Assembly: GCA_016935015.1 (NCBI GenBank) | Contig: JAFGRT010000122.1 | Span: forward strand, 76,310-140,309 | Source: Acidobacteriota bacterium | GTDB taxonomy: Bacteria; Acidobacteriota; JAAYUB01 | Reading direction: 5' to 3' | Length of the DNA: 64,000 nt | In this document: positions 37,453 to 45,938 of the stretch, one piece after another | Numbering within the stretch: position 1 is the first letter of the stretch | Layout of the letters: every line of letters starts with the position of its first letter | Notes under the pieces: generated by a model | What the model was told of the DNA's origin: nothing | What the model saw: the letters and a program-made list of their open reading frames with translations, nothing else | Databases searched by the model: none | Translations under genes and position numbers: made by a program

Positions 37453-38709
37453 ATGAACAAACCCGGTTTTCGCATTCCTCTCGCCCGCCTGGAAGAGGTC
37501 AATGAATTCATGTCTCTCGAAGTGAATCCCCTCACCGAGAGACTGCTGGGCGTCGTGGAAAAATTCGGCGGCGTCGAAGCCATCCGCGAAAAACACACCC
37601 AGGCCGCCCGGCTGGAGACCAAGCTGCAGCGGATCAGGGAATCAGGATCGCCCTACCTGGCGGATCTGGAATGGTTGATGGAACAGCGGGAAAAGAAGGC
37701 CTTCATCTCCATGAATGACTACTACCGCAACATTCTCCAGAACCGCTATGGTGAAGTGTCATTTGCCTCAGACAACGCTGTCACGCTGGAGATCAGTTCG
37801 CTCCATTATTTTCCCTGGCTGATCACCCAGGCCAAGCGGGCCATCGCCGAGCGGGAACTGATGCCGGGCCGATTCATTCGGGTGCGTTTCATGAAGGAAC
37901 AGGAAGCGGACGGCGATCTCCTGGCGGTGACGGCGGCCATGGATATCGTGGGCGCCACCTGGGTGGAGACGCTGGACACCAAAGGTACCGACGGCGCCAA
38001 TGTCCATCTCGGCGGTCCCGAAACCATTACGGGATATTTCGGCGGACCGGGCCAACCCAATCATTATCCGCTGAAATGGGTCGAGGAGTATCTCTACTAT
38101 CACACCAACTACGGTGTCAAACAGGTATTGAACATCAATGCCGGAACGGTTCTGGTCGGCTATCTCCTCCATCAGCTCGGCATTGATATTGAGTTCAAGA
38201 TCTCCGTCTACATGGGCAACGACAATCCCTATTCCGTGCTGTGGACTCTCATGACCGCCAAGATGTTCTCCCGCGATGACGGGACGACTCCCCTCATCGG
38301 CTTCAATTTCGCCAATTCCGTGAACAACGAGACCATCGAGCTGGCGGCTTTCATTCGCAAAGAACTCGGCTTCGAAGACAAGGTCCGTTTCGAGCACCAT
38401 ATCACCGAGACCTGGAAGTCTATCGTGCGCCAGCCGTATGACCGGACGGAGGAACTGATCGAAGTGTCCCGGAAGGTGAAAAACATCAGCGCCAAACACG
38501 AGGGCGGCACACCCGATCAGGAACAACAGCGGGAATTTCCCTCGGATATCCTGACGTATTTCATCCCCAAGGAAGATGTGATCGCCGCCGGCAACATGCC
38601 GAAATTCGAACTGAACTACCTGGACAAGCATGTGGCCCTGAATCACACCGCCGCCGAGCTGATCAAGGCCGGCATTCCGGTAATCGCCGCCTGGAACCTT
38701 CACCAATAA
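37453..38709 (+). CDS. Hypothetical protein (418 aa, no family assigned), first gene of a redox cluster
   Basis: The ATG at 37453 has a perfect AAGGAGA Shine-Dalgarno 6 nt upstream (the track start at 37426 lacks one). Glycine-rich segment GGPETITGYFGGPGQPNHYPL. Confidence 0.55.
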   Translation: MNKPGFRIPLARLEEVNEFMSLEVNPLTERLLGVVEKFGGVEAIREKHTQAARLETKLQRIRESGSPYLADLEWLMEQREKKAFISMNDYYRNILQNRYGEVSFASDNAVTLEISSLHYFPWLITQAKRAIAERELMPGRFIRVRFMKEQEADGDLLAVTAAMDIVGATWVETLDTKGTDGANVHLGGPETITGYFGGPGQPNHYPLKWVEEYLYYHTNYGVKQVLNINAGTVLVGYLLHQLGIDIEFKISVYMGNDNPYSVLWTLMTAKMFSRDDGTTPLIGFNFANSVNNETIELAAFIRKELGFEDKVRFEHHITETWKSIVRQPYDRTEELIEVSRKVKNISAKHEGGTPDQEQQREFPSDILTYFIPKEDVIAAGNMPKFELNYLDKHVALNHTAAELIKAGIPVIAAWNLHQ

Positions 38710-38728
38710 TGCGATTTCGAGGTGCGTT

Positions 38729-39889
38729 ATGATTCCCAATACAACCTTGCAGTGGCCGGGCGTAATCGAATTCGGCGCCGGGAAGCTGAAATCACTGCCC
38801 AATCACCTGGCCGGGCACCGCAGTATCTTCATCCTGGCCGATATACCCGTGAAGGCCGCGCTGGAGCCTGTGATCAGCGATCTAAAGCAGCGACATTGCC
38901 GGGTAATGCTGTCCACGGACGTGGTGCCCGAGCCACCCTTCGAGGCGCTGGAAAAGCTGCTGGAACCGGTCCACGAGTTCGAGCCGGATGCTGTGGTCGG
39001 CGTCGGCGGCGGCTCGGCCATGGATATGGCCAAACTGGTGGCGGTCCTCTTTCCCGGCGAACAGAAGCCGCACGAAGTGGTCGGCATCGGCAATGTGCAC
39101 GGCCGGCCAGTCAAGCTCATCGCCGTGGCCACCACGTCCGGCACGGGGAGCGAGGTCACACCCATCGCCGTGCTGACGGACGTGACCCAGAAACTGAAAA
39201 AGGGTGTTGTCAGTAAATACCTGGTGCCCGATGTGGCCATCGTGGATCCGGAGCTGACCCGTTCCCTGCCGGCGGCGGTAACGGCGGCCACGGGCATGGA
39301 CGCCATGACTCACTGCATCGAGGCCTACACCAATCGCCACGCCCACCCCATCATCGACGTTATCGCCTTGGAGGGGATTCGTCTCATGGGTGGCGCCCTG
39401 GAGACCGCCGTGCATGACGGACAAAACATGGATGCCCGCACGGCCATGGCCCTGGGCAGCCTGTACGGCGGTATGTGCCTGGGACCGGTGAACACGGCCG
39501 CCGTCCACGCCCTGGCCTATCCGCTGGGCGGCGAGTTCAAAGTGGCCCATGGCCTGTCCAATTCGGTGCTGCTCCCCTTCGTGATGGCCTTTAATCTGCC
39601 GGCCTGCATCACCAAGTATGCCAAAATCGCCGCGGCCCTGGGCGTTCCACAAGCCGGGTCCGACGAGGCTATGGCCCGCCAGGCCATCCACGCCGTGCGC
39701 CGGCTGTCCATCAGCTGCGGGATCCCGTCTTCCCTCAATGAGTTCAGCATCCCCGAGCCGGCCATCCCCGCCATGGCCGCCGCCGCTATGCAGGTCAAGC
39801 GGCTGCTGGACAACAATCCCCGCGAGGTCACCCTGGCCGATGCCGAAGCCATTTTCCGTAACGCCTATCACGGACGACTAAACGACTGA
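38729..39889 (+). CDS. Iron-containing (group III) alcohol dehydrogenase
   Basis: GGGS-x-D NAD-binding motif (VGVGGGSAMDMAK) and His-rich Fe ligands (HCIEAYT, HALAYPLG). Confidence 0.85.
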   Translation: MIPNTTLQWPGVIEFGAGKLKSLPNHLAGHRSIFILADIPVKAALEPVISDLKQRHCRVMLSTDVVPEPPFEALEKLLEPVHEFEPDAVVGVGGGSAMDMAKLVAVLFPGEQKPHEVVGIGNVHGRPVKLIAVATTSGTGSEVTPIAVLTDVTQKLKKGVVSKYLVPDVAIVDPELTRSLPAAVTAATGMDAMTHCIEAYTNRHAHPIIDVIALEGIRLMGGALETAVHDGQNMDARTAMALGSLYGGMCLGPVNTAAVHALAYPLGGEFKVAHGLSNSVLLPFVMAFNLPACITKYAKIAAALGVPQAGSDEAMARQAIHAVRRLSISCGIPSSLNEFSIPEPAIPAMAAAAMQVKRLLDNNPREVTLADAEAIFRNAYHGRLND

Positions 39890-39899
39890 GGAGCTCTGT

Positions 39900-41627
39900 A
39901 TGGAAGGATTTTTCAACCGGATTTTACGCATCGATCTTGACACCGAGACGTTTCGCTACGAGTCTCTGAATGATGATCTACTGCGCCGGACCCTGGGCGG
40001 CAAAGGACTCGGCGTGCATTTCCTGCTGACGGAAAACCCGCCGGGTGTGGATCCCCTCGACCCGGAAAACATCTTCGTCATCACCGTCGGACCGGTGACG
40101 GGAACCAAGATGTGGGGGCAATCCCGGTTCGGCGTGTTCAGCAAGAGCCCGGCCACCGGCGGGTACGGTGAGTCTTATTGCGGCGGGACGCTGCCCCCGC
40201 GCATCAAGGGCTGCGGCGTTGACGCCATCATTCTCCGCGGAAGCTGCCCCGCCCTGCGTTCGTTGTATATCGACGCCGACGGTGTCACCTTCCATGACGC
40301 CACGATTCTGGCCGGCGCCCATACCTGCGATGCCGAGGAACATTTCCTCAAACATTCTCCCACCGGCGCCGGGGCCATGGCCATCGGGCCGGCCGGCGAA
40401 AACCGGGTGGTCATGGCCTGCATCAAGGCCGACCGTTGGCGCAGCCTGGGCCGGGGCGGCATGGGCGCCGTGCTGGGCTCCAAGAACGTCAAGGGGATCG
40501 TTTTCAACGGCCGGCAAACATGCCCGATCGCCGACGAGACGGTGGTGAGCGAACTGATCAAAAAAGTGGCGGCCAAGGGCAAAGAATCTCCCGTCACTAA
40601 AATCTACCAGAATTTCGGAACACCCAACCAGGTCAAAGTCACCAACGCCCACAAGTGCTTTCCCACCCGCTATTGGCAAAAGGGTTATTTTGATAAATGG
40701 GAGAACATTTCCGCCGACTATATGCAGGCCCACTTTGATGTGAAGGCCTGCGGCTGCCCTTCCTGCTTTCTCCGCTGCACCAAACACAGCGTGGTTCGGG
40801 AAGGACGGCACGCCGGCCTGGAGATCGAGGGGCCCGAATTCGAGACCCTGTATGCCATTGGCGGCATCAACGAGATCGACAGCCTGGAGGAGATCGCCTG
40901 GCTCAACGATCTGTGCGACCGCTACGGTATCGATACCATGAGCGCCGGCAACATGGCCGGGTTCGCCATAGAAGCCTACAAGGCCGGACGGACGGACTTC
41001 GCCATCGACTACAACCAGCCAGACCGCGTCGCCGAGCTCTTCCGGATGATCACCTGCCGCGAGGGTCTGGGCGACCTGCTGGCCCAGGGCATCAAGACGG
41101 CCGCGGCCACCCTGTGCCTGGAACACATAGCCATCCATGTCAAGGGGTTGGAGCCGGGCGGTTTCGATCCGCGGGTGCTCAAGGGCATGGGGCTCTCCTA
41201 TGCCACGTCGCCGCGGGGCGCCTGCCACCTGCGCGGCACGTTCTACAAGGCCGAGCTGTCGGGCGAAATGGACAAAAACCAGATCGAGGGCAAAGCCCGG
41301 CTGCACATCGACTACGAGGACCGGTCCGCCCTGTTCGACTGCCTGATCTTGTGCCGTTTTTTCCGCGACTTCATCCTGTGGGACGAGCTGCAGCAACTCA
41401 TCACCGCCCTCACCGGCCTGCCCCTGGACAAGAGCGCCCTGCAGCGCCTGGCCAACGACATCACCCAGCGCACCCGCGAATACAACACCCGCGAGGGGCT
41501 TGACGCCACCACCGACACCCTGCCGCCCCCGTTCGTCGAGCAGGCCAACGCCGAAGGTGCCCGCCTCACCCGGGCCGAATTGGAAACCATGGTGCGGGAG
41601 TACAACGAGATCCGTGCCGGCACTTGA
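39900..41627 (+). CDS. Aldehyde:ferredoxin oxidoreductase (tungsten/molybdopterin AOR family)
   Basis: AOR_N plus the catalytic domain; 575 aa. Cysteines for the [4Fe-4S] cluster are present (CxxC...C). Confidence 0.85.
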   Translation: MEGFFNRILRIDLDTETFRYESLNDDLLRRTLGGKGLGVHFLLTENPPGVDPLDPENIFVITVGPVTGTKMWGQSRFGVFSKSPATGGYGESYCGGTLPPRIKGCGVDAIILRGSCPALRSLYIDADGVTFHDATILAGAHTCDAEEHFLKHSPTGAGAMAIGPAGENRVVMACIKADRWRSLGRGGMGAVLGSKNVKGIVFNGRQTCPIADETVVSELIKKVAAKGKESPVTKIYQNFGTPNQVKVTNAHKCFPTRYWQKGYFDKWENISADYMQAHFDVKACGCPSCFLRCTKHSVVREGRHAGLEIEGPEFETLYAIGGINEIDSLEEIAWLNDLCDRYGIDTMSAGNMAGFAIEAYKAGRTDFAIDYNQPDRVAELFRMITCREGLGDLLAQGIKTAAATLCLEHIAIHVKGLEPGGFDPRVLKGMGLSYATSPRGACHLRGTFYKAELSGEMDKNQIEGKARLHIDYEDRSALFDCLILCRFFRDFILWDELQQLITALTGLPLDKSALQRLANDITQRTREYNTREGLDATTDTLPPPFVEQANAEGARLTRAELETMVREYNEIRAGT

Positions 41628-41640
41628 TAGGAGAAAAGTC

Positions 41641-42600
41641 ATGGAGCAGCCACCGAAAATCGTCATTCTGGACGGCCACACCGTCAACCCGGGGGACCTC
41701 TCCTGGGCACCCTTTGAGCAACTGGGCGACCTGACGGTCTATCCCCGCACCGCAGCCGCCGACACGTACGAGCGCAGTCGTGAGGCCGAGATCATCATCA
41801 CCAGCAAGGTCGTCCTGGACCGGGCCATGCTGGACCGGCTGCCCCGGCTGCGCTACATCGGTGTCATCGCCACCGGCTACAACGTGGTGGACCTGGCGGC
41901 CGCCCGCGAGCGGGACATCCCCGTAACCAACGTGCCCGATTATTGCACCGAGTCTGTGGCCCAGCTGGTCATGGCCCATCTGCTGGAGCTGGCCCGCCGC
42001 ATCGGCGCCCATAACCGTTCCGTACGCAACGGCGACTGGAGCCGGGCCAAAGACTTCTGCTACTGGATTCATCCCCAGGTGGAGCTCACCGGCAAAACCC
42101 TCGGTCTCATCGGTTACGGCCATATCGGGGGGGAAGTAGCCCGGCTGGCCCGCGCCTTCGGCATGCGCATCATCGCCTTCGACATCTATCCCAAGGACGA
42201 AGACGGTGTCGACTTCGTGTCCCTGGAACGGGTGTTCACTGACAGCGACGTCGTCAGCCTGCACTGCCCCCTGACCGACGAGAACCGGGGCCTCATCAAC
42301 ACCGTCAACCTGCGGAAAATGAAGCCCACGGCCTTTCTCATCAACACGAGCCGTGGTCCCCTGGTCAACGACCGGGACCTGGCCGCCGCCCTGGCCGAAG
42401 GCGTCATCGCCGGCGCCGGCCTGGACGTGCTGTCCACCGAGCCGCCGCCCGAGGACAATCCCCTGCTGGACGCGCCCAACTGCCACATTACTCCCCATGT
42501 GGCCTGGGCCAGCGAGGAGGCGCGTCTACGGCTCATCCGTCTGACGGCGGAAAACGTCGAGTCGTTTCTCAAGGGTAAGCCTATAAACGTCGTTAATTAA
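41641..42600 (+). CDS. D-isomer-specific 2-hydroxyacid dehydrogenase (glycerate/hydroxypyruvate reductase-like)
   Basis: GxGxxG (GLIGYGHIGGEVA) and the catalytic R/E/H triad region. Trimmed to the ATG at 41641 behind AGGAGAAAAG. Confidence 0.85.
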   Translation: MEQPPKIVILDGHTVNPGDLSWAPFEQLGDLTVYPRTAAADTYERSREAEIIITSKVVLDRAMLDRLPRLRYIGVIATGYNVVDLAAARERDIPVTNVPDYCTESVAQLVMAHLLELARRIGAHNRSVRNGDWSRAKDFCYWIHPQVELTGKTLGLIGYGHIGGEVARLARAFGMRIIAFDIYPKDEDGVDFVSLERVFTDSDVVSLHCPLTDENRGLINTVNLRKMKPTAFLINTSRGPLVNDRDLAAALAEGVIAGAGLDVLSTEPPPEDNPLLDAPNCHITPHVAWASEEARLRLIRLTAENVESFLKGKPINVVN

Positions 42601-42621
42601 GCGTATTTTTATGAATTTTGC

Positions 42622-43872
42622 ATGTACCAGGCAGCCGGCATGAGTGTTTCACTCATCAAAATCAGACAGTTTTTTGACTGCGCCCCGGCCGTGGATCCGG
42701 CCGTGCTGCTGCCCACCGAGCTGCGCCGCACCCTGCCCCCCCTCCGCCCCGGTGCCCGCGTGGCCGTGGCTGTTGGCAGCCGCGGGATCCACGCCATCGA
42801 CCGCCAGGTCAGGATCATCATCGACAGTCTCAGGGACGCCGGCGCCGAGCCCTTCCTGGTGCCGGCCATGGGCAGCCACGGCGGCGCCACGGCCGACGGC
42901 CAGGCGGCCGTCCTAGCCAGCCTGGGCCTGGACGAAGCAGGCGTGGGGGCGCCCGTCCGTTCCTCCATGGCCACGGTGGAGCTGCCCGACGACGGCAGCG
43001 GCCGGCGCGTCTTCATGGACCGCCTGGCCTGGGAATCGGACGGCGTCGTCCTGGTGAACCGTGTCAAGCCCCACACCGATTTCCGCGGCCTATACGAAAG
43101 CGGCCTGGTTAAAATGGCGGCCATCGGCCTCGGCAAGCACGACCAGGCGCGGGAGATCCACCGCCACGGAGTGACCGGGCTGCGTGACCTCACGCCGGCC
43201 GCGGCCCGCCGCCTCTTCGCCACGGGTAAAATCCTCCTGGGCGTGGCCATCGTGGAGAACGCCCGCGACGAGCCCATGCTAATCCGTGCCCTGGGGCCCC
43301 ACGAGATCCTGGACGAAGAGCCGGCCCTACTGGAGCTGGCCCGGCAAAACATGCCCGCCCTGCCGGTGGACCGGCTGGACGTTCTGCTGCTGGACGAGAT
43401 GGGCAAGAACATCAGCGGCACCGGCCTCGATCCCAACATCATCGGCCGCATCCGTGTCCTCGGCCAGCCCGAGCCGGAGCGTCCGGCCATCACGCAGATC
43501 GCTGTTTGCGGGCTGACCCCCGAGTCCCACGGCAACGCCATCGGCGTGGGCCTGGCCGACGTCATCACCCGGCGCCTGTTCGACAACATCGATTTGGCGG
43601 CCACCTACGCCAACGTCATCACCACCACGTTCCTGGAACGGGCCAAGATCCCGCTGGTGGCCGACACGCCCGCCGCCGCCCTCAGGGTGGCCCTGATGGC
43701 CTGCGGTCCCCTGGCCCCGGAAGAGATGCGGATTATTCGCCTGCACAACACGCTGCAGCTGGAGGAGATGTACGTCAGCCACGGCGTTCTGAAGGAGCAG
43801 GGGAAGTCGGTGACCATCCGCGGTCAGTGGGACTCTGTCTTCGACGGTACCGGCGAGCTGCGGCCGTTCTGA
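42622..43872 (+). CDS. LarA-like (lactate-racemase N-terminal domain, DUF2088) protein; assignment tentative
   Basis: ~415 aa. The segments VAVGSRGI and AMGSHGGAT resemble LarA-family motifs. Its neighbours are a 2-hydroxyacid dehydrogenase and an AOR. Confidence 0.45.
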   Translation: MYQAAGMSVSLIKIRQFFDCAPAVDPAVLLPTELRRTLPPLRPGARVAVAVGSRGIHAIDRQVRIIIDSLRDAGAEPFLVPAMGSHGGATADGQAAVLASLGLDEAGVGAPVRSSMATVELPDDGSGRRVFMDRLAWESDGVVLVNRVKPHTDFRGLYESGLVKMAAIGLGKHDQAREIHRHGVTGLRDLTPAAARRLFATGKILLGVAIVENARDEPMLIRALGPHEILDEEPALLELARQNMPALPVDRLDVLLLDEMGKNISGTGLDPNIIGRIRVLGQPEPERPAITQIAVCGLTPESHGNAIGVGLADVITRRLFDNIDLAATYANVITTTFLERAKIPLVADTPAAALRVALMACGPLAPEEMRIIRLHNTLQLEEMYVSHGVLKEQGKSVTIRGQWDSVFDGTGELRPF

Positions 43873-43892
43873 TTTCAAAACACTTCATATGA

Positions 43893-45938
43893 CTATTCCA
43901 ATCGGTAGGCCGTCAGGAGGTGGTCCTCGTACGCCGGTGTCAGTTCCAGGATCGTCTCGACGTAATGACTGTTGCCGTAAAAGGGAACGATGATCCAGCG
44001 GAAACCGGCCTGGCGGAGCATTCGACGCATCGTTTCGGCGTCCGGGGCCGACGGCGATTCATAGGGATAGAGCACACAAAACAATCCCTCGCTGGCCGGC
44101 GGATCGGCAAAATACGGCCGGATCCCGACGGTGGTGCTATGCTGCGGACGACCCGCCGGCCCAGGATCGGCCAGTGGCCGGAGAAGCACCGTGTCGCCGG
44201 CGCCGCGCCGGATCGAGGTCGACAGCCGGAACCGCTGCTCTGCCGCATCCGCCACTTCCAGCTCCGTCACCAGCCCCCCCCTGGCCCGGCGGCGCTCGCC
44301 CAGCCAGATGTCATGGGGCCGGCTGGTTTCGATGCACAGACGTCCGGGGCCCTGCAGGTAGCCAAGGGCGACGAAAGTGGATTCTTCCGCCATGGCGGGA
44401 GCGGCGGCCAGGATGTCTGCCGGCCGGCCGGTGCCGTAATGATAATAATCGTTTTCGGCGATGATCTCGCGGATAGGGCTGACCTCGTACTGCTCTAGCG
44501 CAGACTGCGGCACTCGGTTGACCATGCCGTCCCGGCCCATGACTTTCCGGTGGTGAACGGTCTGGAAATACAGGGCGTCGGCGAAATAATGCAGATCCAT
44601 GACACCTTCATCCGGGCTGGAGTTGTGCTGTAGCTGGGTGTAAAACGGGCTGACCGGCAGAGGGTTCATGACGAACGGTACGCCCAGACTTTCGCCCACC
44701 AGTAGTCCACAGACCAGGGTGGCGAAGCCCGCCATCAATTTATCCGATCGCAGCCGGCCGCTGAGGTGATGGACACCGGCGGCCAAAAAAAGGCACCCGG
44801 CGAACCAGGTCATGATATGGAAGCGGATGGGTGAGCGGATGATGCCGGCGCCGGGGATCCCGTCGGCCAGCAGGCCATATGGCAGGGTCACCGACTCATA
44901 GAGCTCACCGCCCGTCCGCAGGTGATACCCCAGGGAAAGGACGAAGAACATTACCAGCCACCCGGTGAAAACACATCGGATCTCCCGCCGGCAGGTGAAC
45001 CAGCCCACGCCGGCCAGCAGCCAGGCCGTCCAGGGGATGAAGTTCTCGGGCGTAACGTTGTTGGCCCGCCAGTGGCCGCCGCCCGAGGCCACCAGCCGGC
45101 CGAAAAGGGACCGCTCGCCGGGGATGACGAACGACGCAAGGTCGGCGTTATCCCGCCGGGCGATGGTCTCAGCCGGCAGGCCCTGACCGGCTTCCCACAC
45201 CATACCGCTGATCAGCGGGCTGAGCACCAGGACGCTGATGAGGATGATGACGGCCGTTCCCCGCGCCCGCAGCAGCAAGAAGCGGATGTCGCACCGTGCC
45301 CGGTACAGAATCAGGAGGAGTGATGCCATCACGCAAAACACAAAATAGTACCAGCTGGTCAGGGCGATGAGGACCAGCCAGCCGGCGGCGGCCAAGGCCT
45401 TCCGGATCCGCCATCCCGCCTCATCCGCCGCCAGCAGGGACTGGACAAAGAACGGGATCCACTGGTAGTGCATCAGGTTGAGGTGCCCGGCTTCGAGCTT
45501 GGCAAAATGATAGGGGCAGAAGGAATAGGCGGTTCCGGCCACCAGGGCGCCCCAGAAACCGAATCCCAGGTAGCGGCCCAGCCGGAACATTCCCAGGCCG
45601 GCCAGGACGAAACTCAGCAGGGCGGACAGGTTGTACACCGTCACCAGCGACAGGAAAGGCTGCAGCGGAATCGAGGCCAGAGTGACCGGTAGATTCCAGG
45701 TATGCAGATAATTGCACAGTCCGGCGGGGAAATACACGAAGTTATGGCAGAACGGATGGATCAGGCTCACTAGGCTGTATTTCAGCCACCACATGTTCCA
45801 GGTGAAGAGAGAGGCGTCCCCGGCGCCGATGAGACGGTCGGACAAATGGACGACGGCGGGATAGGTGGACAGGACGGCCAGAACCAGATAGCCCGTTGTG
45901 GCGACGGTTAGCTCCCGCTTCTCGGTGGCCCGTTTCAT
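43893..45938 (-). CDS. Large polytopic membrane protein, GT-C-fold glycosyltransferase-like (ArnT/PMT/YfhO-like); hypothetical
   Basis: 681 aa, more than 10 predicted TM helices, and a C-terminal soluble domain. Its start abuts the repeat-rich region. Confidence 0.5.
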   Translation of the reverse strand: MKRATEKRELTVATTGYLVLAVLSTYPAVVHLSDRLIGAGDASLFTWNMWWLKYSLVSLIHPFCHNFVYFPAGLCNYLHTWNLPVTLASIPLQPFLSLVTVYNLSALLSFVLAGLGMFRLGRYLGFGFWGALVAGTAYSFCPYHFAKLEAGHLNLMHYQWIPFFVQSLLAADEAGWRIRKALAAAGWLVLIALTSWYYFVFCVMASLLLILYRARCDIRFLLLRARGTAVIILISVLVLSPLISGMVWEAGQGLPAETIARRDNADLASFVIPGERSLFGRLVASGGGHWRANNVTPENFIPWTAWLLAGVGWFTCRREIRCVFTGWLVMFFVLSLGYHLRTGGELYESVTLPYGLLADGIPGAGIIRSPIRFHIMTWFAGCLFLAAGVHHLSGRLRSDKLMAGFATLVCGLLVGESLGVPFVMNPLPVSPFYTQLQHNSSPDEGVMDLHYFADALYFQTVHHRKVMGRDGMVNRVPQSALEQYEVSPIREIIAENDYYHYGTGRPADILAAAPAMAEESTFVALGYLQGPGRLCIETSRPHDIWLGERRRARGGLVTELEVADAAEQRFRLSTSIRRGAGDTVLLRPLADPGPAGRPQHSTTVGIRPYFADPPASEGLFCVLYPYESPSAPDAETMRRMLRQAGFRWIIVPFYGNSHYVETILELTPAYEDHLLTAYRLE

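Noticed and set aside
39978-41687. 569-aa minus-strand ORF
   Set aside because: It is antisense to the AOR gene, which has clear family similarity. It has no ribosome-binding site and is low-complexity.
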